A stretch of 64,000 nt of DNA from Gnetum montanum (GCA_015680685.1 MNCI01002312.1:226655-290654), one strand, 5' to 3'. Positions 26,968 to 39,301 are shown, counted from the first letter of the stretch. Notes: generated by a model from the sequence alone, not told the origin. Program-made: numbers and translations.

Positions 26968-27447
26968 AGTCTGAAAAGACCTTAAACTAGTAATCCTAGC
27001 AATCGTAGCATGACTAGTCAGAAAAGACCTTAAACTAGAAATCCTAGCATAGTTGCACCTCTAATGGTCTGAAAAGACCCTAAACTAGCAGTTTCAACCT
27101 ATCACGTTCACAGTCCGCAATGACGTTAAACTAACAATACCACATTCTTACATGGGTGGTTTTTGCATCTTCTTCCATATTGATAGTGTCACAAATTCTA
27201 GTAGTTTCATCTTTTCATGTCAACAATTTGTATTTTTGCGTTAACGCATACTTGCAGTTCCCCATTTCATTTTGCACATTAAGATCTCGCATGTTACAAG
27301 TTGGCAGTCCGGAATGACACTAAACTAGAAGTTTAGCATTTGCATATCAACAGTTTCACAACTTCACACTTTGCATCGGCAATTTTGCATCTTTAGCAGT
27401 CCTGCATTTTCATGCCTTGGTGGCCCACCATGACCTTAAAACTGGCA
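26968..27447 (+). repeat. Motif array 2 of element A (6 copies) upstream of pol
   Basis: GGTC-TGAAAA-GACC-CTAAAC-TAGCA, and GTCCGCAATGACGTTAAACTAAC at 27113-27135. Confidence 0.85.
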
Positions 27448-27583
27448 AACTTTCAATCTTTACATCATCTCACTTCATGAGTTGCATCACATCACTATTT
27501 TGCAAAATTTTTATTACAAAAAATCTTTCCGACAGATGCCCCTTAACCAGGCTTTTATCTTATGTTGGTAGGTCAAGCAAGAG

Positions 27584-30500
27584 ATGAAAATCCATCGTGA
27601 CCTTTGCACACCTTTAATGTTAGTAGGTCCATAGGGCAGACTTGTGAGATAGTTGGACCCCAACATGATCGATTGGGGTTTGACCACAACTAGCACCATA
27701 GCAACCTTAGAGGCATTCCCAAACTGGCCCGAGCATCTAGTCCAAACCCTAGAATTAGAGGTCAGGGATGTGGTCGAGGACTCTCTCTTTGAGAAACCTG
27801 TGACCATGCCGAAGGGGGAAGTGAAAACGCTAAAACTTAGTTTCCTCCTAGACACACAAATGCACAAAAACATAGCTAAGATTTTTCAAGACAACATCAG
27901 TCTCTTCACATGGCCATACAGTGACATGCTGAGTCTGGATCTGTGGCTAATTTAGCACGACATCATCCTAGACCCACACATGAAGATAGTCAAGCAAAAG
28001 ACCCGCAAGATTAAGCTGGAAATCGCACTAGCCGTGAGGGATGAAATCACCAAGCTATACGAAGCTGGTTTCATCTGCGTAGTTGATTACTTAGAGTGGG
28101 TGTCCAACATCGTTGTAGTTTCAAAGAAAATGGGAGGAATACGGATCTATATAGACTTCTGGGATTTGAACAAGGCAACGATCAAGGATAATGTCCCACT
28201 TCCAAGCATCGATTAGCTCATCGATACCACGACTGGTCATGCTCTGCTATCCTTCATGAATGGTTTCTCTAGATACAATCAAATCTGCATTAACCTAGGG
28301 CATCAGCTATCAACAACCTTCATGACCCCATGGGGGACCTTTTGCTACACCATGATGCCCTTCAGGCTCAAGAATGCTAGAGAAACCTACCAGCAAGCCA
28401 TGACTTACATTTTTAGCAACTATATCCTAGATACATTAAATGACTACGTGAATGATATAGCTGTCAAGTCCAAAGAGGTAGCTAATCACCCATGCGATCT
28501 AGAAGTAGTCCTCAAGCGCTACCAAATGCACGACTTATGTCTCAACCCTAAGAAGTGCATCTTCAGGGTGAAAATTAGATGCATGTTAGGGTTCATAGTA
28601 TCGAAGGCCAAAATAGGGGTAGACCTTGACAAAGTCAAGGCCATCATCAACCTGGCACCTCCCACAAACCTCAAGGATCTACATGGTTTGCAAGATAGGG
28701 TATAGTTCATTTGAAGGTTTATAGCAAGGTTGATCAACAAGTTACACCCCATGCAACATCTTCTAAAAAAAGGATTAACTTCGAGTGGACAACCCAGTGT
28801 TAACAAGCCTTCGACGACCTAAAGAAGGAACTCTCACACCTCTCGATTGTGCATCTACCACAAAAGAATAAACCCTTCTTTATCTACCTCGCCACCTCCA
28901 ACACATCTGTCATGACACTGCTATGTCAGAAATGAGATGATGGTTTTGAGATACCAGTGTATTATCTGAGCCACACACTAATAGCACACAAGGAAAAATA
29001 CAATGAAGTGGAGAGGAATTTCCTTCCCTTAGTGTTCACACTAAAAAAGTGATGGCATTACCTATTCCGCAGTATAGCCAACATCATTTGCAAAAGCAAT
29101 ATACTTCAGGCTATCACTAACAACCTATACGAAAGTAGCAAGATAGCCCGATGGAAGGTGATAACCATGGAGTTTGATTTAAACTATGTAAGTCAATCGT
29201 CAACGAAGGGTCAAGCCATAGCAACCCAACTCATAGCCTCACCAATTGATGACCAAGCAACCATAGACCCCAAATTTCTAGATGAGCACATTAGCAATAT
29301 TGACATTGTCCCATTGCATCTCGAAGCCACTCTACACTTCGACGGCGCCTCAACTGTGCAAGGAGGTAGTGCCGCTACCATCATCACATTCTCTTCTAGG
29401 GAAATACATTCATCTGCATATTGTTTTACGTTCCCTTACACCAACAATGTGGTAGAGTATGAGGGGTTACTCAGAGGCCTCTTAACTGACCGGGCACTGC
29501 ACATGCAACACCTGACAATCCAGGGAGATTTACAACTAGTTGTGCATCAAATCACTAAGGTCTACACCTACAAGGCTACACACCAGCAACCCTACTGCGA
29601 CCTAGAAAAAACCCTACTTAAGCAATTTTCAATCATAGATGTGCAACATGTGCCATGCAATGAGAACACCATGGCAGATGTCTTAGCTACCCTTGCATTA
29701 AACATTCTGTCACATTCCTTGGAAAACTTGCCAACTTCAATTATCGAATGTGCAGAGCCTATCACTCAGGTGGAACATGTGGCCTCTATCAGTGCTGCAG
29801 ATACCCAAGAGTGGTACACCCACATTAAAACCTACCTACAACATGGCGAACCCCCATATGAATTAACATCTACCCAGCGAGATGTAATCCGTAAGAGTGC
29901 CCGGCAATACGTGTTCATGGGAAATAATACCCTGTGCTGACATTCCTACTACGGGATATTTCTAGCATGCGTGGGTGGGGAGCAAGCATAGAAGGTAGTT
30001 AATGAGGTGCATGAGGGCTATGGCTGAAAAAAATTAGATGCCTAGAGTACTACTGGCCCCACATGGACTGTGACTGCCTAACAAAAGTCAAGACGTGTGA
30101 CATGTGCCAGAGATATGCAAATCTCATACACATAGCACCTGTAGACCTACATCCAATGCAAATCACGTGGCCCTTCCAATGATGGGGATTAGACCTCATA
30201 GGGCCTATCATGCCTAAGTCCTCCATAGGGCATAGTTTCATTATCACCACCACTGAGTACTTTACCAAGTGGGTGGAAGCTATCCCTTGGAGAAATATGA
30301 TGTCTTAGCAAATCTATCATTTCATCCTAGACAACATCGTAACCAGATTTGGGCTTCCAATGACTATTGTGACTGACAATGGGCCATAGTTTAGTAGCAT
30401 GGAAACCTGAACCTTCTACAAAAATCTAGGCATTAAGCAATCATTCTCTTCCCCCTATTATCCATAGGCGAATCGGTAGGTAGAGGCTACAAATAATTCC

Positions 30501-31025
30501 ATCATCAACTTGTTGAAGTAGATTCTTAACAACAGCAAGAGGCGGTGGCACGAGCAACTCCTCTACATTGTGTGGACCTACCAAACAATGTGCAGGACCA
30601 TGACAAGTAAGACTCCTTATAGCCTTGTTTATGGATCTAAAGCTGTGTTGCCTCTTGATTTGCAGGTACCATCACTCTGAATGATCCTCGCGAATGTTGT
30701 GAACGAAGCCCAGAACAATGAATTGTGGACCATCAACCTCAACTGAATAGAATAGGAGTGCACATAGATGCTGAGACACATCAAGCACTACCAAAGCAAG
30801 CAGTAGTAGAAGCACCATGTAGACCCGCATTGATGACCAGTGCAAAAGTGAGACCTCATCCTCAAGGCCATCTACAAGCATGTGAGAAAATTATCAGCCA
30901 ACTAGGAAGGTCCTTACGTGGTCACTAAAGCCTTCAGGAATGCAACCTTCAAGCTAGCGGACATGGAAGACAACGAGTTTGCCAAACCGGTGAATCACTC
31001 GTACCTTAAGACATACTACATCTGA
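27584..31025 (+). pseudogene. pol: Decayed pol of element A: RT, RNase H, archaeal-type RNase H, integrase
   Basis: RT: WVSNIVVV, DLNKA, FCYTMMPFRLKNA, YVNDI, LNPKKC. aRH: LHFDGAS...TNNVVEYEGL...GDLQLVV...ENTMADVLA. INT: WGLDLIGP, EYFTKWVEA, IVTDNG, EGPYVV. Confidence 0.95.
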
Positions 31026-31047
31026 AGCACAACAACAACCACCACCA

Positions 31048-31290
31048 TCTGCTAAGACAAACCGGTGCTACGAGCACCGTCCACAATGACATTAAACTAG
31101 TAGCATCGAGTAGCGTCCACAATGACGTTAAACTAGTGGCATCGAGCACCATCTGCTATGATGAAAACTTGGCATGGCTCATCCATTATGATGTTAAACT
31201 AGCATGTACAATCCGCTAGGACGTTAAAATGGTACAACATTTTGCTGGAACCTTAAACTAGCACATGGTCTACCAAGACCTTAAACTGGG
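31048..31290 (+). repeat. Motif array 3 of element A (~8 copies) directly after the pol stop
   Basis: CGTC-CACAAT-GACG-TTAAAC-TAGTG, CATC-CATTAT-GATG-TTAAAC-TAGCA and GGTC-TACCAA-GACC-TTAAAC-TGG. Confidence 0.88.
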
Positions 31291-31369
31291 TTCGCATTGC
31301 ATCCCTAGCATGCACCAACACTAGATACACATCGAACAAGCATGCATAGTGCTGATGTGTGGGTGGGAC

Positions 31370-31960
31370 GTCGTAACTGCAAAATGCGATTCATGATACA
31401 ATGGGAACACGGTCTAGAACATATGCAACACTACCATCCTTAGCATCATGCTGACCCTTCGTAGATGTCGTATGATGTCACACTGGCCCTCTGGACCTAC
31501 CATCGCCACAGCCCATCGCCCTGATGGTAGTTCCTTGGCTAGTTCCTGTAGCTGGAGTTCCAGTAGTATTGTGGCTTGGCCACAATATTATTATCCTCTA
31601 GCCCCTTGCCAACTCCTCAGCTCGCTCAATGTTTAGCTATGTTGTAGCTGATCCCATAGCTAAACTAAGAATGCATACCTTTGGCATGGATTCTAGAGCA
31701 TCTACACTCACAGCAACTCTCGATGCCTTCGAGGCTAGCTCCTCCATGCTGGTGCTATCAAGGCTGCTATTGGCCTTACTGCATTAGACATTTCACCCCA
31801 GTGACGATGCCCAATAGATTCAACAATGCCAATAGTCAACAAGACCTTTGCCCCCAAGGGCACAGCTTGCAACAGCAGCAAATGCTACTACATTGCGAAG
31901 CAAGTGCGTCGGCTTGCTCAACTACTTCAGAGTGCAAATTCCATGATGTGCATAACACAA
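31370..31960 (-). pseudogene. Second antisense ORF of element A (unknown protein)
   Basis: Minus-strand peptide GLEDNNIVAKPQYYWNSS...EGQCDIIRHLRRVS...LHMF*TVFP, conserved at the protein level with D 56040-56720. Confidence 0.65.
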
Positions 31961-32295
31961 CTCACTATATGGAAAGCATTTGTAGGCAGGTCAAAAGCTT
32001 TCACGGATGTAACACAACTCATTCTATGAAGGAAACAGCTATCCTACGAGAGGTTGAAGAACAACAATAGCTAAAGATGAAAATACGAACGAGCCCCTCA
32101 TGAGCACTCCGATGAGGGACTCTGCTAAACATCATCTTTTCTCTCTGCCTTAACCTTTGCAAAACCAATGCAACACTCTCAACTACAATGAAGCAATGCC
32201 TTGGCACTCACCAAGCGAAAACCTTGGCATTTTTCCTGCTGTGATGTTTCGTATTCTTTGTCAATGTTTAGCGAGCCCATTCTCTAGATGTTGAC

Positions 32296-32304
32296 AAAGA
32301 GGGG
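32296..32304 (+). promoter_or_regulatory. Polypurine tract of element A
   Basis: AAAGAGGGG, 4 nt before TGAAACACC. Confidence 0.85.
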
Positions 32305-32308
32305 TCAA

Positions 32309-33903
32309 TGAAACACCTCAAAAAATTCAAAGTCATTCTCTCTTCACCAAGCCTTGCAATTCGTGCAGCACCACGATAGTTCTTTAGGAGGAGAACACTC
32401 TGAATTTCGGCCGGCTAGTTTGGAAAATTTTCTACTTTAGGTGTAAATAGGCTCTACAGATCATCCTGCCTATCCACTTAAGTAGTTTTCCTAGCCAACA
32501 ACCTACTCAGAAATGGTGTGCAGAGCTGATAATAGCACTCAGGATGTGTGAAATAGTTTAGAAAGTTTTCTCAGTCACAAAGTCTACTACGCCACGCCAT
32601 GCCCCGCTATGTAGCATAGCAAGCTTCAGAAAACAATTGCAGGATAAATTTCCATGCTACGCTATGCTATGTAGCATAGCGTAGCATGGAAACAACTATA
32701 CAACTAGCTCCATCACCCAACTTCAAGTCCTTCAACAATGTCCCTTTCCGTTAGGAAGTGGTGGACCATATCTACTGCTATGCTATGTTGAGCTACATGG
32801 CACAACGAGGCATAGCAATCCTACTGAAGAGATAGAAGGTAGCTCAAAGGGTAGAATCAGCAAGTTCGCAAATCTCGCAACACAAGAAGCAAAGTTTGCA
32901 CATTGGCAAATTTTTCACGACTAAGGCCAGTCGCTACGCTATGCTACGCTACATAGCGTAGCATAGCATAGCAAGCATGCAACACACATGTAGTGGAACA
33001 CATGACAAGATTCTACGCTACTCCAAGCATGCTACGCCATAAAGCACAGAAAATCAAGTAGGTGGTTGTACGACATCAATGCACTTCACCTAATTGGACC
33101 GTTGGCACATGTCTCCAGACACTAACGGTGCAATTACGGCGTGGCAGGCTCATAGTTACAGCATAGCAGACTCGCATTACAACGGTCATGCAGGTCCAAC
33201 GGTCATACGTGGCACGTGTGCTGCTCGCAAGTCAACGTGGGCCCAGGGAATGTAGCATCCAAATGACCTCTTTCACATGCCCTTTAGCCCTATAAATACC
33301 CCAATGAGCAGTGCTCAAAGGGTTGGACTATCCCTTGATGCTCTAAGATAAGCATTGTAACATTGAGCATTGAGCATTCTAAGCTTTCGATTTGACACTG
33401 TAAATAGTTAGCATTTTTAGTTGGCATTTTTTTCTGTCTCCCTTTCTACCACCTTGGTAGAAGTTTCACATTGTCAGCTCCCAAGTCTATGCCCAAGCAC
33501 ATAACAGCTTTGCTCTACATGTCCTGGTTACTCTTGGGATCTCTGCACTCCCCAACGTTGTGCAACTGACTGTACCCATCGCAACAGAGCAAGCTTGTAG
33601 CTTCGGAGCGGTGCACTTTTCTAACTACATTTTACTTTATTTTTTGTTTATTGCTATGCTTTACATTACTTTCTGCTTCATTTACTTTTAAATATTATTT
33701 CGTGCTTTCATTTCTGTTTTCAAATTATATGTTGCAAAAGGCTATATAGACATCGATTAAGTCCCTATCTAATCATCTAGACTATTCAAGGCACCTCGTA
33801 TCCTCTCACACCTAGCATGGCCCTCCTACAGGTACGGGGTCGAGATTGTCGCACCCGCCAACCCCTTGGTGTTTTCCAGCCGTCAACGTTTTCGATCGCT
33901 ACA
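32309..33903 (+). repeat. 3' LTR of element A
   Basis: TG...CA termini (TGAAAC...GATCGCTACA), collinear with the 5' LTR. Confidence 0.93.
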
Positions 33904-35070
33904 AATAGCATAGTGAAGAAAAACTACTTCTATAATCCTTCAAAACTTAGCATTGACCTACATATCATCTCCAACATTCTTTCAATGAGCGAGATTAGCA
34001 ATTTTCACTTCTTTTGCACCCGCAATTTTTCCCTAAATTGTACCTATGCTCGACACCACTTGAGAGAGTAGATAGCATACTCCTAGAGTGTAGTCTCCAA
34101 AACTATACTATTTTTCATTATTTTCAAGTACATTGTAGTCTATTTGTCACTTGCACATGTAATCTTGGCAACATAGTCATGGTATAGCAACCTCACAAGG
34201 TCCATTGGAGCACACCAATGGAACACCATTTTGCTTCAGTAGGAGCATAGCTAGGGCTAGCATAGTCCCAACTATCCCTCTACCATGTGGTGCCTGATTT
34301 GTGACTCATGCTAATCCTAGCCCTATAAATACCCCAACACTTCATGTTTTAGGGGTTGGCATTTTGACTTTTCGATTGGAAAATCTCACATTCAATTGGT
34401 AAAATTTGAGCATTGGCATTCTTGTTACCCTTACACTTGAGCACACTTACCATTTTGGCAAACTTTGGGACATCGCCTACCACTGCTATTTGGGACACTG
34501 CCTACCATTGCTATACACTACCTAGCATATTGTACTCTAGCATAACTTGTAGGACACCACAACAACCAACCCAGTAGGCTTAGATCCTGTGGTAGATGTT
34601 AGTTCTTCATAGCTAGATACACTGAGACTATGACTATACTACCTACTATGCCTAATTGTACACTACATACCTCATAAACTTCTCTTTGTAGTTAACTATG
34701 CTCCCCCCATTTTGGGTGGTGCCTTTCTCTCTTACTCATATTTTATGGACTTTTCACATTTTCTCTTGCATTTTAGCATTCTACATGCATTTTTAATTAT
34801 TCAAGCACATATTCATGCATTAGCACCCTTTTTTAATGCCTAAAACCTCTACTATTGTTACACCTATGGGCACCGTAGACATCAAAAAACACCCCCCCCC
34901 TTGATACTTATTTCATTATAACACCTGTAAGTCCTAGTTTGATCATCGAGACCATTCTTGGCACCCTGCCTCCATTCCATGTAGGCCCTTATGTAGAAGT
35001 ATGATCAAGGCTATGTAATCATGGACCTCTTGGAGTACCATTCCAGCCTCTAACATTTTTGATCACTACA
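33904..35070 (+). repeat. 3' LTR of element B, right part
   Basis: Homologous to ~3020-4171. Ends GATCACTACA. Confidence 0.88.
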
Positions 35071-37410
35071 AGAGGGAGAACCCTAATCACAAAAATATCC
35101 CTATAAAGTATATGTGATGTTATCCCTATAAAAAAAAGGGGCCTTCAGCTAGTAGAAGTTGAAGTACCCTTATCATTACGAGTGGGTACCCAAATCACAA
35201 ACAGCTCCCTCGTAGGTGTAGCATTATTGGTTACATTGAATGCTATGATAGTGTATAGACTATTATTGGCATTCAGTCGGTCTTTGTAGACTTGCATGGG
35301 TTGATTTTCTAGTTCAACTAGATTTGAGAAATTAGGTACCAATTCATCCTTGTATATCATCTTTTGCAGGTCATCCTTAAGTGCTAGGAAAAATTCAATG
35401 TCATGATCTAGTAGTTGATGGTAGGGGAAAAAGTGATCAATTTTGAAGTATTTAGATAGTGAGGGATCATCCTTGGTTTTAAGAGCAAGATTTTTTTCTA
35501 TCTTGCATAGCTTTTCATGCCTTTGGTAGGTACTTTCGATCATTTTTTAGTATCGAATTCTTCCACACTTTAATAGTTGATCAAGGAGTTCCAATGATTT
35601 TAACGATAACTAAGGATACTTTGATGGGTCTTTTAATTAAAATTTTGGCCTTGCATTGGTTGATGTAGAGGCCCTAGATGTGGAAGGTTGATTATTGTTA
35701 TGAACAAGGACCCTGGGTTGACTAGTCTTTGACCCACATGCAATCATTTTGTTGTTTTCTTTGGCCATTAGAGCCATAGTTGTGTTGTGTTTCCTCACCT
35801 TCTTCCTATCCTTTGATGCATGTTGGTTCTTAAATTTCACATAGGTAGGGTCATGGCTAGTCTTGTCCATGTCCTCTATGTTCTTCATCTATGAAAAGGC
35901 TTGGCTTTGTGACTTTGGATCAAGGTAATATAGCTTTGACTTAATAAAGTTGTTAACTACCCCTTTGAAGATAGTGAGAATGTGGATCTCAGTTATTAGT
36001 TATGGAATCTTATTAAGAAGAGCATTCTATAATTGTATAAAATTTAGTGCTATCTTAAGGGGTCCCTGCTTGACCTTCATTACATGGTCAAGAGTCATAT
36101 CAAGTTTCAAGTTATACTCGAAATAGTTCACAAATTGGGAAATCAAGTCTTCAAGAGATGATATGGATCCTCTAGATAAAGCATGAAACTAGTCCAAGGA
36201 TTTTCCAATTAGGGATAGGAAATATCTACATGATCGTATGTAGCCAGGCTTGTAGTAATAAGCACTTAGAAGAAAAGGTTATGAGGTGGGCATTCAAGTC
36301 ACCTTCACCATTTTACTTGGTGAATTATGGAATGGGAATGCTCAATAAAAGAGTAATTGGTGGGACAATAAGGCTAATGGATTAATTTTGGTAGAAGTCC
36401 ATTATCTTGATTGATTGGCTTATATAAGCTTTATGCTTTTGTAACTCTTTCATCAAGTCTTGAATCATTTGAAATGCCTGATCCAATCCTTGAGATATGC
36501 TTGCAGACTACAGTGTTTACATGAATGGATGAGGGATTAGTTGAGAGGCCTATAACCTTGTGATGGGCTATAGTGTCAAAGGGATAAGTTGGGTTATGAT
36601 GGTCATCGATGGGCTAAACATGGAGAAGGATTTTTGTGCCAAAACTTCAGGCACAAAGAGGGTAAATAGTGTTTGTGCATTCTAGGTCACCTATTATCTT
36701 GCTATGGGGCCCACTAGTATAGAAAAGGGGTGTGTGGTGGTGAGAACCACTAGTGAGGATCATCTTGATAGAGGTTGCATGGTGAAAGGCATGGACAAAA
36801 AGAGGAAGGTTGTTTGAGGCATGAACTATGCCTAATGGGCCACTATAATAGGAGCTAGTACAAACATAGTTGGGTGTACAGGAGACAATGGTTGAGATGC
36901 CTATCCCATGGAAGAAATACGTAGGGATAAAGTCACTATGGTGGCTTGAGTGGCCAGTTATTAGAATAGGCCTCATATGAAGGTTTCTTGTTTGGGCTCT
37001 ACTTCAAACTCATCATGTTTTTCATGCTATCTTTCTGAGCTTAATTTTGCATCCTACTCATCCATCTCAATTAATTGAGAAATTATACATGCATAGGCAT
37101 CATTCAAAGGTATTTTATCATAAGAATAGGTTATGTACTCCTTTCTATCACAATGGAATAACTTGTATTTGTACTTAGCTTTTACCTCTATGATTCGAAG
37201 GTGTAATCTAGCTTGGATTTTTACGCATATGTAGTTGTATTGCTCTTCATTGAGCACAAAAAAGTTTTGGCTATACCCTCATAGCCTAAAGATATTTTCT
37301 ACACTTAACTATAGTGAGGTCTCTAGGATCATAGATACTCACTCCATCTTGGTCAACTACCATGTTGGTCATGTCAATGGGCAAAATAGTGAACTTACCA
37401 AAAGACATTG
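35071..37410 (-). pseudogene. gag: Decayed gag of element C, an older related Tat element on the minus strand, truncated by the insertion of B
   Basis: Minus-strand peptides homologous to A/B gag: LNEEQYNYICVKIQ, KFT-NGEGDLNAHL, DPTYVKFKN and FKIDHFFPYHQLLDHDIEFFLALKDDLQKMI. Confidence 0.8.
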
Positions 37411-37914
37411 TTAAACACGTTGATTTTTGGATTTTACTGATTTTAGTTATAAATGAAAAATGTGGTTTAAATTGTTTTTTAGGCATAAAATGGTGTATAT
37501 TGCACTGAAAAAATGGTGTTGAGGTTTTGAAGTTGTTGATACCAACTATGCTAGTTTTTAAAGTAATGTCTACACTAAAAGGTGTTTAGTAGAAAACTAT
37601 GGTTTTCAGCCAACTACACTAAGGTAGGTGGTGAAAAATGGATTTTTACATGGAATAACCAAATTGAAAAATTTTCTGCCAAAGGGTGTATGTTACTTTT
37701 AGAGAGTGAAATATGAAAATTTTTGGTATTCCAAGGATCATGCTAGAGTCTTGGAGATGTCTACACTAGCTTTTTGGCTATAAAATTTCATATCAAGTGT
37801 GGTAGGGTTTTGAGATGGTCTATGCTAGATTTCAGTTTCCAAACATAGTTTTCAAAAGGAAAAAATTATGGGCATTGTTGCTGACTCACTGGCTTTCATA
37901 GAATCCAAAAACTA

Positions 37915-39200
37915 CTATGAAAATGTTGTGATAACTCAAAACCCCCACCACAATCATGCTAGGCACTTTGAACCTTCCCAAACCCATATATGGACATCAT
38001 AGCACTTTTCGACTTGGGAAGTAAGAGAGTAGCAACTTATAAGGCATTTTTTGGCCCTAAAAAGTCCAAGTATGAAAAATTGTAGGTCATGGGCTACTAA
38101 CCTCACATTTACAATGGAATCTTTCCTCGAGTTGAATAGTGAAGGTTATAGGTTACAACATGTGTTTTCTTAGTGGTTTTTCAGATACTTTTGAGCCTAT
38201 TCATAAGAATGATTTTTGCCACTATAGACCCACTCTACCATGTGGTAAGCTATCATGTCATCATTAAGATTGGGCTTATTTTTTTTATCTTGATGAGTTT
38301 CTTGGCCTCTACCATGTCATCTTCTATCCATGTTAGCATGATGTCAGCAATGCCACATCAGCAACTAGAGGAATCACTTTTTTCATCTAGAAGAATTTTG
38401 CTTCCTCTACCATGTCATCTTTTGCAAATGTTAGCATGATGTTAGCATATGTCACTTCAACACCTCATACACATCAGCCAAAGGCCAAGTTAGAGTACCA
38501 TATCAACATTACCATGTCAACTTCTGTCACATCATTGTGATGTTGACAAGCTACCATGTTAGCTTTTAAAGATAGATCATAATGGTGATTAGTAGCTTGA
38601 TCAATGTTTTCTACCACATCAACATGACTTTCATGCCACATCAGCTCATAGAATCAACTCATAAAGTAGAAATTTAGCCCTACATGATTGATCTACCACA
38701 TCAGCAATGCCATAATGACTTTGCCACTTTAGCTTTCCACCACATTAGCTTTTTGAGTCATTTTGAAGGATGAAATTTCTCCTTTGCAAACCAACTTTAC
38801 CATAACTCCACATTAGCATGATGTTAGTAATGCTATGTTAGCATTTAGATGAAGCATAATTTTTCATCTAGATGAGTTTTGTAGCCTCTACCATGTGAGA
38901 ATGATAGCATTAGTGACATCATCAAAGTGTCATGTTAGTTTGCAGAGCTAGTTCATGAGGGTAATTTTAGGGTTTATAAACTCACTCTGGCACATCAACA
39001 TCAGTGACATCATCATGATGTCAACATTATTCCACGTTAGCATGTAGAGTCATTTCGTGAAGTTAAAATTTAGTTTGATGAACTAGCTCTATAGCATAGC
39101 ACCACATCATCACTACCACATCAACACCCTATTATGTTAGCATGTAGAGCTCATTTGTGAGCTCACATTCCAACCTCATTAAAGATTCCATTGAATCAAA
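37915..39200 (-). repeat. Probable LTR region of element C, rich in short CCAYGTCAGC/ATGTTAGCATG-type repeats
   Basis: Lies upstream of C gag and is full of degenerate CCACATCAGC/CCATGTTAGC units. Boundaries and PBS are not resolved. Confidence 0.4.
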
Positions 39201-39301
39201 TCATTAAAAAGCATGCTATTACAAGAATTTACTTAGTAGTTAGAAATTAAATAACCTTAAAACTAAATTCAATGAACCATGCTCTCTTAAGGAAATGCAA
39301 T

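Larger units (their letters stand above)
15942..33903 (+). mobile_element. Element A: full-length (~18 kb) Tat-clade Ty3/Gypsy LTR retrotransposon, decayed
   Basis: Paired ~1.59-kb LTRs, a PBS, a PPT, and gag, PR, RT, RH, archaeal-type RH and INT. The possible TSD GTTAG/AATAG is degraded. Confidence 0.95.
2461..35070 (+). mobile_element. Element B: non-autonomous Tat-clade Ty3/Gypsy LTR retrotransposon (gag-PR plus antisense gene, no RT/RH/INT), interrupted by element A
   Basis: The 5' LTR (~2461-4171) matches the split 3' LTR (15356-15941 plus 33904-35070). Both end GxTCACTACA. PBS at 4178, PPT AAAGAGGGG at 15343, gag and protease motifs inside. Confidence 0.88.

Noticed and set aside
27540-27550. 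CCTTAAC, and the array core CCTTAAAC, as U12 branch points
   Set aside because: No U12-type donor was seen, the site is not conserved in D, and array units lack downstream acceptors.
31681-32070. Sense-strand 129-aa ORF after pol
   Set aside because: Conservation with D is in the antisense frame, so this ORF is probably a shadow.
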